A DNA stretch of 64,000 nucleotides. Origin: Yuukianura sp. NJ FZ-2021 (lineage: Eukaryota). Below, one piece after another: positions 12,665 to 29,378 of this stretch. Each line of letters starts with the position of its first letter. The stretch's first letter is position 1. The position numbers and the translations under genes were made by a program. The stretch lies in contig CM102290.1 in the NCBI GenBank assembly GCA_046563655.1, forward strand, positions 9,052,001 to 9,116,000, given 5' to 3'. Below the pieces are notes generated by a model. The model was not told the DNA's origin, ran no database searches, and worked only from the letters and a program-made list of their open reading frames with translations.

Positions 12665-15600
12665 TTAGACGAGCCAATGCATTGGCCCTGTGCCTCCGTC
12701 GTAATCCACCCTCTTCAAAAGTGACTGCTCGTAGGCCTCTGTACCAGCCAGCACTGATGCTCCAATGAACGAAGAATGGTAACGATACGGTGAAACTTGA
12801 ATCTAGAATAGAGAATTAACACATTAATATTACTGTCCCATGGCAGCTTCCATAAATTACAAGAGAACAAAAGGGAATAAAATTGGGCCAACTCTTACGC
12901 TTGGTTTTAAGTGCTGAGGTAAAAGTTTTGTCAGTTCCAATTCTAAACGTTCTGGAAACCCTGGAATTTGTGTGCACCCGCCAACTAAAAATATATTTTT
13001 CGACATTTCCTTCCGAATGTCAATTCCGCAATCCTGTATTTAAAAAAAACGGCAATTATGTCATGAACGGGTAATGTGGATTATCGCATATGAATTCCCT
13101 TACAATAAGAGTTTTGCTTAAAATCTTCTGCAAACTCTCGCAGTCGAGGCCGTACATCCCAGGATCAAAAAATCCTTCTGCTACACCTCGAAGTACCTCT
13201 TGATTGACACCAATTAAGTTGGAAAAAGGCAGAATGTCTCTCAGGTCCATTTCAATCACAATTTCTTGAGAGTCTTGTGACAACCTCCGAATCCCTGAAG
13301 CATGTCCGCTTTGAACACTCACAAAAGTTTCGGAAATGTAGCGTAGAACGAGGTTCTCCACAGGAGTAGAAAGGTAAAGGCCATTCTCCTGAAATCAACG
13401 AAATAGCCAAATTAATTATTAAATCAATTACTCAACAAGCAATTCTAAAACCACTCTTTCGAATGGAAAAACATAGATGTGAAATGGTTAATTATTAACC
13501 TGTGGTCCCAGCCCTTGGCGAAGAGCATGTTTTAGCACATGACCTCCAAAAGGCGCCCGTCCCCATGCCTGACTCAATACAAATCCTTGACTAACAGGAA
13601 CTACGTCACACCTTTCACCAATGTCCACTATAATCCCGTTGTCAGCGGAATGTGCCCAGAATGAAATGACGCTCTGATGACACATCAGAACGCTTCGGAC
13701 CTAAAGAAATAGTAAATTATGTTTTGGGTTTCATCAAGCATTTTTTATATTTACCTCAAACTCGTTAAATAGAAGCTGTAGAATGCTTTGACGACATTTC
13801 TTGTCAATCATTCGAGGAAGTGTGAGGATAAGTCGATAGTTGTTGGGTGAGATGTTTAGATCCGAATAAATTTTGCGCAAGAAACCTTTCAGGGCGGCCA
13901 AATCCACATTGTTCTGAAAACAAAGTTTTGGTTTCATGGAATTATTGAATTGAGAATAACATCAATACACTAGTCCTTAAATGATAAACATTGCGTAGCT
14001 CACTTGACACATCTTTGAGCTGCATTCAAATGGAAACTTAATCTTTGCCTTTTTTCGATTCGGTGTCAAGTAAACATCATTGCCGTAAATGATACGCCCA
14101 GTCTCCTCATTCTCTGACATTACTGAATTGAAAAACAATGCGGGGAGCGTAGCTGAAAGTCCAAAACAAAATAACTGTTAGGATAACTGAAAGTGGCTTG
14201 TTGTAATTAATCTTACGCTGGTGAGATAGAATTCCTGCCCTTGTATTAGTTGCACCAAAATCAACTACTAGAATGTCGCGAAAAATTGAAATATTTTTGG
14301 GTAAAGATGGAACAGCAAAGGCCTTTGGAACAACACTTTGTTGCTGTAGCGTTTCAATCCAACGGTTCGCTTCACCCGCAGATCCGCATTGAAAGACATA
14401 ATAGTGTCCTTTCTAAAATATACATGTATATATAATTTTTATACAAAACACGGAAAGTATTATCCTGATTTTTGTAGAAAAGAAAGCCAAATTGTTCCTA
14501 CTTTTGTTTAAATTTTCACTTACACCGTCGTCCACACCCAGGATCCTGTTCATCAGCGTTTTTCCTTTCTCAGGACCAACAAATTCTACTGGATCTAAGA
14601 AGTCTACTTTTCCGCCTATAAGATTGATACTCTGGAATTCGTTTTGGCAGTCATCTTTCTGGAAACACAGGTCAAGTGGAATTAAAAATCGATATTCAAC
14701 AAGAATAAAGACATTGAAATAGTTTGAAATGAGTTTTCTTTTAGAAATTAAAATACCTCGTAGCACAGAAGCTTCCCACTACTAGAAACGCAAAACTTTC
14801 TCTTCCACGCGTTCCAAAATGTTCCTTTCCTTCTATGTCCACTCAAAATCAACATGTGCCCCTCCATACCCTGAGTACTAGGTGTACTTGGCAATCCGCT
14901 TTTGGAACTATTCGTAGTCGGTTCATGAATAGTATAGATTCTTTTGAGCAGTATTTCCTGTCATAAAAAACAAATTCCAATGAGATTAATAAACAATATG
15001 CTATTACGTCAAAAGAGATTGTAGAACCGTTAAGCGTGTCTTACCGGATCCCACTCCGACGGGACACGAATGTGCTTGACAATTATTTCATCGGGCAGAG
15101 AGTTGTGATCACTTTGTTCTTGGTTGTCATCTGGACATGTAGCAGTGACAGTTTGGAGCCAAGACGACGTGTATCCCGGGAGCAAATCCAACTTGGACAA
15201 AGAGTCCGTATTGTTCTTGGATTTCCTCCCTCTGACGACGGTGTCTTCTGAGGAACCGTCAGTCGGTCTATTCAGTTCCTGGTCACTGTCTGACTCCATT
15301 TGACTTGCTGTTTCCTCCAGTATGACTTGTAACCCTGCAACAACGAAACAGTAACAACGTTTTTCATGGAAACTTAACTTCAATAAAAGAGTTTAGTTGG
15401 AAATTACCGTAGTCAACTTCGTCCACGTAGGGAGCGTCTTCTATAAAATCATGGCCGCTGTGTGTCTCTTCATTTTCAAAAGACGGGGAAGAGTTTAGTC
15501 CATTTTCCGCTTCATGGAAAGTGCCGTATACGGGTGACTCTGTGTCACTTCTGTCTTGGTCCACTAAATCAATTCGATTTTTAGGACCTTGAGCCAAAAT

Positions 15601-16802
15601 GAGTTTCGCTGCTTCTGGAATTAGGCTGTCTAGAGGACACAAAATAAAAATTATTCACAAAAAAACAATGCAAAACTAGTATAAAGGTTTGCTGTAACAA
15701 GTAAATGTTAACCCCTGCCTACTGGCTACTCTAAAAACTGCTCTGAATAAATTTCACTTGACAAAAGTGTCATGTCCACAAAAACTCACCAATAAATAAG
15801 GAGGCATTTCCCTTTGGTGCAGCATTACAGTCCCTCGACTTCGGTACTTGATAAATTATGTTCTAAAAAAATTAAAACAAAAAAAAACTAACAAAAACTT
15901 ACAAATGCAAAACAAATGAGTGATTTTTTTGCACAGTGTATATTACAACCATGCACAGAAAAATGTAGCCCGCTTTGGCAATGAAAATGATTTCTGTATG
16001 GCCAAAATGTAAACCACTTCCACCTGTTTTGCTGCTCAAACTGGCTTTAGAGAACTACTGAACACGTCATGTGATCCATCCAGGTAATGTTAAACTTCAG
16101 TTAATAAAAAGTTAATAGTCCTGTTAAACCCAATTAACTAGAACAGACTTTTAGCACAATGCAAAAACAAAAAGAGGCATGCAAAGATTTCGAAAAAGTT
16201 TTTCGTGCACTTAAAAACACAAATTTGTAGAAAACTAATTAGAAGCTCCACACTAATCTCGAGTTAAATGGAGTGGAACCTTGCTTATCCACTTATTGAA
16301 GTGTGCTTCTTCGAGGGAAATCATAACCACTTTAACAGTCACAGAAAAACGTGGTGTAAATTCTATGTGCTGTATCTCTTTTAAACTTTACGAGGATTCG
16401 CAGTATATGTTTCCCTGCCTCAATGAAAAACTGAATTGGTTACTATCACTCTGCATGTCACTTTTCGCCCCAATCTAAGTACTTAAGAAAACACAAACTA
16501 CTTATAACCAGAAAGCAGAAAAAGCTAAGAATCCGGTAATGCTCAATTACTTCTGGAGATGAAGATGATGCCGACGACGAGGAAGTTGTTGACTCGCGAC
16601 AAAAGTTGTTCTCAAAATCTTCTGGAAATGATTCAGATTTGATTTTGCCAAGGGCACTGTTTCCGTGAGCAGTTGTGTAGGAATTGGATTCATTAGTGGA
16701 AGATGATTTGAGCAACGGCGGGATATCGTTGGATCCACCACGAAACAGTAGTGTAGCAGTAGAGGTCACGCTCTTTGGCAGCATTTCTGAGCTCATCTTC
16801 AT
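12665..16802 (-). CDS. PH domain + divergent actin-fold (actin-related) fusion protein, ~811 aa, with Ser/acidic low-complexity N-terminus
   Basis: Phase-consistent minus-strand exons 16802-16551, 15862-15790, 15629-15408, 15334-15045, 14957-14757, 14658-14524, 14412-14217, 14152-14004, 13913-13755, 13700-13500, 13388-13104, 13033-12899, 12802-12665 (TAA), 2436 nt total. PH signature: MEGHMLILSGHRRKGTFWNAWKRKFCVSSSGKLLCYE...YYVFQCGSAGEANRWIETLQ. Actin signatures: ILVVDFGATNTRAG, LLFNEFEV, HQSVISFWA, GIIVDIG, DCGIDIRKEMSKNIFLVGGCTQIPGFPERL, RYHSSFIGASVLA. The start codon (ATG 16802, directly after an in-frame TGA) and the N-terminal exons are less certain. Confidence 0.85.
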
Positions 16803-19800
16803 TCACAAAAGATTCATCAAATCCAAAGTCAGAGGAAGAGTGACACGTCAATCTGAAAAAATAATAATGAAACCAGGATGAATTTCCGCTGTCCTTTGGA
16901 TTATAAATCCTACAATATGATATGCACTGTGCTTATTTCCCTAGAGAAAAAAAGGCATTAAAAGTTAGTAAAAGCGAAAAAATATTGTTACGTGTTGACG
17001 TGAAGGTATTAAAAGAGAACAATTGAACGGATAGAGTTACCCCACTTCTGCCAAAGTATAGGTAGAACACTGAACTGTTCCCATAAAATTTCTAACAAGT
17101 GAGTTATGTATTGAATACAAAAAGTCAGTCATTTTAACTTCTAGTTCATCTAATGCCAATCCAATTTGATTGTTCTAGAGTCAAAACAACTATAATATTA
17201 ACTAGAACGCATAAGATATAGGTAAAAACTACAACCCAAAGTTAGTAAGTACCCTGTATGTTTTTTAATAACTACCATTTTGAATGTAAAGAGGCTAACC
17301 TACTACGGATGCTGGTTTCGGAGTTTTTGAACTTCCAATATTCTGAGTGACACAATGTCACTGAACTACCGTTTAACACTCTGTTTTCATTGAACACACT
17401 TTCACTTTAATACACTGTTTTACATTTTACTACTATACAAATATTCAGCGTTTTCAACTTCCAAAGTACCATCAAAACTGTGTGTCTGATCCACATACAG
17501 TTGAATCCAAAAATCAATACGATAGCATAGAGCGCGCTTACCAACTCCAGAACGCAAGAATACGGTAAGCATAAGAGAGAAGACTCAAATCCATTTAGAA
17601 ATGTCTAAAAAAATTGATGTTATACGAGAAAAAATTTTTACAGTTAAGTTATGGAACTAATATTGCAAAATTTGACTAAACGAAAATGGTATTACCATAA
17701 TCACATTAAAATTAAAAAAACGTTCAGAAAAGTGGTCAGGAGTGTTACGGTTTTTTTTATGTCATCATAAAATTAAACAGAAGTCCGAAAACGACGCTAC
17801 AGGCGATAGAGAAGAGCCATCTCGTGGAGATGCTGCTTAAGAATGTTTTCATATTTAAATACGTTAACTAACTTTGCGTTTGGGGCAAAGCTATACATGG
17901 TTTACTCTACTAAAGAAAAAATACGAAACGATACGGATTTTCCACTTTTTACTAGTCAATTGTTATTATTCCGTATATAATTTATTCCCAAATCCCAAAA
18001 TAATTCCATAACCCTCATAAATCCACATGTAGCCAATGGATTTAGTACTTACATTCTTAGCATGAAATGCTTTGCCGGAACTCAAGGTTGAAGTGGATGA
18101 TTGAGGATTGAATGACTATAAAAAGCTTTCCGCAATTTGAAATTTATGTTTGTATGATTGATGATATAGAACTGGAACTTCTAAAACTGGTAGTGATTTA
18201 ATGCAAGAATTTTAAATTCATAGGATAACGGAAGTCTCCCAAATGCATTGCAAATCAAAACTCATAAAAGCTTTCCGTCTTGAATGGCGTCTATAATCCT
18301 TAAGTCGGCGGGAGACCACAAAATTATAACAAAAAGTGTTGTAATACAAACCTCAACTGAATCCCACACACCAATAGCGGTAACCACTGATTTCAATTTG
18401 CAATTTGGAAACTTGTCAGAGCGCTCCAATTACATTTCCAAATCGTGCAATTTAGTGAAATACGGGTCTCGTTCCCTCGTTATTTCAGAAAACTGGAATC
18501 CTTGTGCACCTTCATTATTTATTATTTTACTCAAATTGCTAAGGGACCATAGAACACAAGTAATTCAAGTTACTAAAAATGCTAATCCACAACCTTTGAA
18601 ATGAACTACTACGATTAACTGGCGTCGAAATCTAATCCAAAATTACAGTTTCTACCAGATCCCTCGCAGCTCTTTCAAATACTTTCCAACAAAATGGAAT
18701 AGCTTATCTCCCAACTACAATTCGACAGTAAACTGCTTTTTTACATCTAGAAACAATGAAAACGAAGTCTCTTCCTAACTAAACGCAACATATTCAGTGT
18801 TTGCCGGTAATAAATTTCAAGATGTTTGTTTTAAAAACCCAACCCATTCGCCTCCCTCTCGGTTTTTCATCTTGATATCAAAAAGCTACATCATAGCACG
18901 AAAATTTACAAGAAAATCGAATCTACGAAACAAAAAAGAAGCGAAAGACTCGAAATACGAAACTCATTGTTCCAATTCCAATAAACTGGAAATAATAATT
19001 GGAACATCTCAACAAAAACAATTAAGGGATATGCTGACTAAGTGGCCAACATGGACAATCACAGAAACACTTATACCGCTGAAATTAATTGGGCAATAAA
19101 ATGTGCTTGAGTTTTCGAATCTCGTTAAGTCTTAATTATCTGGAACTAGAGAAAGTGGAGTTGAGCCGCGGGTGAAAATAAAGAAAAGTGGATTAACTTA
19201 CGATTCACGACTCTTTTCGAGGTCAACAAGATCGTTTTATATAAGACGTTTCTCTTCCATAAATCAAATAAATTGGAGTTGACCGATTTAGAGCAAGTTT
19301 AAAAGTAGGCACTACTCTCTACAACACGACGGATGGCTGATCCTAATTACTTTGCCTCCTAACCAGTGAACCATTGATTTTACGCATTTTCTCCTACTAC
19401 AACGTCCCTCATCCTATGCAGACAGTAGTACATAGTAATGTACATAGTACAGTTACCGCATGCGATTTAGATGTTCAGCAGTTGGACAGGCGAATCTAAG
19501 TAACCCGGTTTGTCAACATCACATCATCGTCGCGCGCGATAAGATTAATTTAACAGCAGGAAAAGGCGTAATCAAAACTGATCATTGCAACTTTAGCCAA
19601 GGAACAAATTTCATCATAGTAGCAATTAGTCGATGCGTCTCCTATCTCTTTCCATGAACATCCCAATTCCTACCAAAAATACTTTGAAATAGGAGGGGAA
19701 GGGGCTGGCTAAAATAACCCTGAATTTGAAATAAAACAAGAAACAGAACATACATTCGACGATTCTCTTTAAAACTTTTTAACACTGCTCTAAAATTCAA

Positions 19801-21753
19801 TTATAGAACGCAGCGTTTAAGTTGATTTATGCTGTACAGCGTGTGAGATGCACTGATTGTCCTATAAAAGAGCGATGGTGAGGCATTCAATTAGAAAAGC
19901 AACCCCTTACATGTAAAGAGTAAACAAACAACAGAATTTGAACCTGCGGTGGTTTGTTTAGCAGGTTGTATGTAAGTACTTATCGTTAGTGCTACATACG
20001 TTTGTTTACAAATAAATTAAAAAATACTGTTAAACTGACCTGACGGTATCCGAAGACTCCTGCAACGTGGAAGTCACGATGTGACCTTAGCAAGGGAATG
20101 GACGGACAAAGTGAGTCGTGTTGTTTGCGAGAAGAGTGGAGTGGATGAGACTTCTTGCATTCACGATGTAAGTAGTAACTGTACGTAAGAATGGTGACAG
20201 CGGAGCACTACACAATGGATCCCATTGTTGTCAATTGTTGAATGGAACTGTAAAACTCTATATCCATCCACCACTAATAATATTCCTGTAGGGCAAACAT
20301 AACAGTTTGTGTCAACATAGCCAGTAAAAACAAAATGACAGCAAATGAAAAACGAACGGAACTGGAATTGGAGAGCAGGGCGACCAGCGGAGCCGTGGGA
20401 TGACAGATGATACGTGGTGTTTAGTACTAGTGGTAACCTCCTCCTTCCTGTTCAGAGAACAACTGATACTTGAAATCAATTGTTGGACGCACAGGATCTG
20501 ACGATATCCCAGTTCCCTTCCAAGTAGTAGTAGTAAAGTAGCTTGGATCCGAGTACATGATGTTACTTACTTATGTACTGTACATCAGTTTAGGGAGATC
20601 GAGGAAGTGAGGGGGTGCGGGGATGTGAGTTGTTGGTCCATTCCATTGTAATCCACTCACCTTGTTTACACCTGCGGCAATCAATACTAAATAATATAAA
20701 GAATTCCACTTAAGTACTTACATTCAATATTTCTGTCAATGTTTCTATATGTGTCTAACTTGCACCCCTTACTGACTGCTTCAATGCCCGCTCCTGGACC
20801 TGTTCAATGAGCATTGATGAATCCTATTTCCTTTATTCGTTCCTCCTGCCTCCATCGTGGACATGTTCTTGTATCCTGGCGCTTGACCTCCCGGTGCCAT
20901 ACCCCAAGTCAAGTCCCAACGATGAAAAATTCAAGACAACCAGTGTCTAGTATCCAGTTTGTTGGTCAAATACTTTAACCTAAAAAGATTTTAGAAGGCA
21001 ACGATTAATAACTATTAGGTTAGGTTATAACGAATCACGCGCCTAACAAACCCCGCTCGCTCCCATTGTAGCTTACATCGCTGCCATTTTCTAATCTCCG
21101 TCAACAGGACGAGGGAGCTTGACTAGAAAAATTGTCGAATTCAATTTAATTAACCACCGTGCCCTCATGGATGTTTAATCAATCGATGAATTGTCTCCGA
21201 CATGGAAATTGACAAATAACGAATACAGTAGCCGAAAAACGTACAGGTACAGCTAACCGTCGTCGTCTCGTCTCGTCGGTCAGGTTTCAGAGTCAGGGTG
21301 GCCAATACTGGCAGCGGCGCTATTAACAGCTTTTGTTAGAGAAAGAAAACTAAAAAATTGAGAAAGATTTGAGCTTTGAATTAATTATTGTTTCTCCACC
21401 GTCAACCGTTTGTCGTAAATAATGCCACGGTAACTTCAGTTTTGCCTCCCCGCGTTCAGTTTTAACGCGCGCAGGCGCTTCAGAGTCGTTCATCGACTTT
21501 TGTGCTGTGCTGCTGCGTTCCCGAGATTGGCGGGTAAATTCAAATTTTAAAACGTGCTAGAGCAAACTGCTGTGAATTAACACGCTTTTCATTGAAAATC
21601 AACCAGATAATTACGCAAAAGAATGGTCCTTTTCTAACTTAATGTTTAATCGATGATTAATTTCGTTCTTTTTTTAGTTTGTTGGTGTTGATGACGTAAA
21701 TTGCGTGGTAAGGTTTGATATTCGGCGACTCACACGTGGGGGTGGGACTTGGT

Positions 21754-21778
21754 GGAAAGATCTAGACTGTTCTCGACC
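21754..21778 (+). promoter_or_regulatory. Degenerate heat-shock element (alternating nGAAn/nTTCn units) upstream of the Hsp110 gene
   Basis: gGAAagATCtaGACtgTTCtcGACc: five 5-bp-phased units, two perfect and three with one mismatch, ~200 nt upstream of the Hsp110 ATG. A CACGTG E-box lies at 21733-21738 and a TCAGT initiator-like motif at 21888-21892. Confidence 0.6.
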
Positions 21779-21950
21779 AGACTCACTACTCACTCCCCCT
21801 GCACTCTCACTTCGCAATCACTCCTTCCAATTGTACACCTACTAAGCTCACTTCAAGTTTCTCGCTCTTTCTTTAGCCGACTCTTCGTCAGTGAGGACTT
21901 AAAACTCACACTGTTCAATTAACGTCACTTCATCTTTCCAGTTTGTTTAG

Positions 21951-25535
<3,585 letters not shown>

Positions 25536-25805
25536 ACCCGAAATGTCCGCAGCGTCAACGTCAACTCCTAAGTTTGAATGAAAATGTTCGATGAATGTAC
25601 GATGTCCACACTTCTCAATTATCTTCATCACAATTCAGCCGAGTGCAAATTTACCGGTACGACCTTATCTTCACACTAGTATAATATTCTAAATACTTGG
25701 AAATACAATGTTCAATTAATTGGTTTCAACCGTAGCAAGGACTGCTTCACTTTACGCAAGTATTTATTATTTCGTGTAACGTAACTTGTTACTGGTGTCA
25801 AAAAT

Positions 25806-27228
25806 TTAGAGGTTAACGGGGTCTTCGATAAGCCGGCTGTGAACCTCCCACAGATTCTGTAAAACCAAATGGAAATACTGAGTTAAATTGAGTAAATTAA
25901 TCTCTGGAACAAGCCCACTAAATCTCGTAGCTTCGCTTGTGAGGATTGTATTTCCTAGACTTTAGACTTGGTAATACTGGCTAGAATGGACCCGATAGGC
26001 GTGCCGCTCCTAATTCTAATAACAACACAACATATTCTGTCGTATAGTTAATCCGTTATTCAGTAAAAATCCTTTAGTATGTAGAGAATGAATGTTGCTA
26101 ATAATATACTTTGGTGAGAAACTCCTGTGGATCTCAGGCGTGTGTTAAGTAACTTACTTTTTTCAAACTCAAACTAATCAACAATTGAAACTCTGTTTTC
26201 AAGACTAATAAAGAAATAAATTTCCAAAAAAAATGAATCATATGTGATGTAAGGTTTGAAATTTCGCTCCAAAAGTAGTTTGTTACCTTGAAGTATTTGA
26301 CAGTCTTGACCTTGAGCTCGAGCGTAGCATCTTCGTCGCAGAGGATGATGGTGTGAGGATGTTGCTGAAAGGCAGACACCGTCCACATATGACTGATGCC
26401 CTCTTCAATGGCCTTGTACAGTGCCAGTGCTTTCTTAGTCCCAGTAATCAGAATCATCACTTCTCTTGCGTCCATGACAGTTCCAACACCCACTGTCAAA
26501 GCCCTCTTTGGCACCTTGTGAAGATCGTTTTCGAAGAATCTTGAATTGGCAATGATCGTTTCATGAGCGAGAGTCTTGACCCGAGTTCGTGACACCAAGG
26601 ATGACCCAGGTTCATTGAATGCAATGTGTCCATCAGGACCGATTCCGCCCAAGAACAGCTCCACTCCGCCCACTTCTTTGATTTTAGCCTCGTAAGCATC
26701 ACATTCTTGCTGTAAGTCGGCAGCATTTCCGTCCAGAATGTGAACATTTTCTGGAAGGATGTCCACATGCTTAAAGAAGTTGGCCCACATATAGTGATGG
26801 TAGCTTTCGGGATGGTCCTGAGGCAATCCTATAGTAAACGACAATCGCACACAGTTTTAGCGAAGAATTTCGTTTAGCGAATGCTGCAAGTTGTCGCTAA
26901 AAAGTGTTACCTACCGACATACTCGTCCATGTTGAACGTGATGACGTGCTTGAAAGATACTTTTCCCGCCTGGTAAATTTCTATCAGCTTTTTGTACATT
27001 CCCAGAGGGGTTCCGCCTATGAACAAATAAGTTTGAATTTTCATTAATTCATTAATTTATGTTAAGTTTTCACTTGTTAGATGTTTTAAGTTTTGAATAT
27101 TTACCTGTAGGCAGACCGAGTACAAACGGTTTTCCAGGACCAGGCTGGAAATCACGAATTCGCTTGGCGACATACTTGGCAGCCCACTCGGTTACTTTCC
27201 CTTCGTCTTCCAGAATTAAAAGTCTCAT
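25806..27228 (-). CDS. GNPDA: Glucosamine-6-phosphate deaminase/isomerase (Oscillin), 272 aa
   Basis: Exons 27228-27105, 27016-26915, 26828-26287, 25856-25806 (TAA), 819 nt. Motifs [81 protein letters not shown]. Confidence 0.97.
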
Positions 27229-29378
27229 CCTGATGCTAAGCAGAAGTTCAGATCAATAATCCTCCACTTAAAAGATGCCAACCGTCTTGATGCCAAAAAG
27301 TGTCTTAAGCTGATTCTGGACGGTATGAATGAAATAAAGCTGCCTTCTCCGTAGGACTCAAGTTGACGACTGGATTGGCTCGAGGAAACTCACTGAAAAT
27401 ATAACCCCTGCTGTAACCTTGGTGCTAAAACGAAGTTAGTGTCCCAGCCCTTCCTTGGTACACAATAACAAAACGCAGCCTGACTAGGAACAAAATATGC
27501 CATATAGCGTAATGCAATGCAACAGTTGTGTTAACGGGACTGTTCCAGAGATGCTGCTGGACATGGGCTGGAAGCAAATCAATAGTCACTTTGTTTCACC
27601 AGAGTTAAGTTAGAACATACACTCGTGGGGTATGATTTTTCCAACATTAGAACTGCCTTCTGACCCCGATGCCAAGGTCGCTAAATCAACAGAGAAAACA
27701 ACAATAGCATTGTTATTGTTGTCGTATTTTTCACTTTTTTGACAGCAGTACCAAACAGATTCGAACATTGGTCAGATACGGCAAGAGGTCAGGGTTCATG
27801 GCCAAGCAGTTAATTTCTTACAGGCATAGATCATTCCCTTCTGTAATCTGTAGTGAAATAAAACTCAGCGTTGAGGATTTAAGTTAGGTTTAAAAATCCA
27901 GAATCATAGTCAAAAACAATTTAGGCTCCACTTACGTAACCCATAAAAAAAGGTCGTCTAACTCTAACTAAACGACTTGCTCACTGGAATCAGACAAATA
28001 GAAACGTTAAATGCATGTGTAAAACAATTTTTTCGCTTTGTGTGTAAAATCGAAATCATAATTATTATAAGATGCGCATTTCAATAATTACTGCACAATT
28101 ATTGTAGTTTAGTCAACATTTAACCGTCTTTGTGGTTATTATGATAGCGAATTTCGTTCAGGACATTTAAACAATTGCCAGAACAATTAATCACAAATTC
28201 TTATTTATGTATAACGAGGGAGTTCGTTCTTTCTTATTGGAGACTGGAGAGTTTATCAGAAACCGTAGAACGCGCCTCAGTGCCTATGGAATTTAGAATT
28301 TAAAGCGGGACTAATGCGCGAGAAAAATTCGTTTTCCTTTGAATTTCTTGTGAAATACAGAAAATAAGATGAGATTAATTAAAAAGCGTTGATTATTGGC
28401 GGCGTGTTTTGATTTTACATCGGAAAAACAAATTATTTTTCGGATGCGGGCTATTTTGGTCGCGGTAACATATTAGGTAGATTAGCTTAGCTTACTTCTG
28501 AAACCATTAATTACTGATTGCACAACATTTATAATAAACTATTTACTAATTTCTAAATACTTTAGTGTCCAAGTTCACCTTATGGCTGTCTTTCGGGAAT
28601 ATTTTTGTTATGGTGCCCAGCTTCATTTGTCCAAGATGGAGCTCATTAAGTCCTTTTTATGTTTGTGGCATAGCTCGGCACTTTCGCTGCACCTCTCCTG
28701 CTCCTCAACTCTTCTAACAAATCCGTATTGCACGATCTTGGGATGTTTTAAACCTTTTGGAAATAAATGAAACCGTTTCATCAAAAAAAATAAATCTTTT
28801 TTGTTTCAAACCTATGTAAAACCTATTGTTACACTTATTGTCTCGGTGGAATGAGCAACACAAATTTTGTTTGCAAGTTTCAAACTAGTGAGAAAATTCT
28901 TCGTATAAGGACAAAGAATTTTTTGGTAATGTATTTTGAAAAATATATTTTCTTTTTTTAACTTTTATGACGTTTTGAGCAATTTTCAATCGTTAGCTGT
29001 CAAAAAAAAATTTTTCTTTCTGACCCAATACTCCTCATCAGGAGCCTATGCTCAGCTCCCGGTCTTTGGATCTACGAGCACAGATGGGGGATGGCAAAGT
29101 GCCGAGGTTTGGTTGCTAATTAAATCAGACAGCCAGTTCTGTGACTGCTGTTCTGATTTGCGAGGAGGAGGGAACTTATTTTCTAAAAATCACAATTTAA
29201 TTTTGGTATTTTAGATGTTGAGTTCTCGGACTTGGGTCTTCGAATAAACTTGGACATTATATTACTCACAGTTAGTTGTCGTGTCTCATCGAAACGATAA
29301 ACTGTCGACACAGTTTAAGTAGACATACTAATTTAGTTTTCAGGGTCCGTCACTCCATAACTGGCATCGCTATACGCT

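Noticed and set aside
26134..26286. Hydrophobic C-terminal extension of the GNPDA ORF ([10 protein letters not shown]...)
   Set aside because: It is read-through into the intron after a GT donor at 26286; a proper terminal exon exists at 25856-25806.
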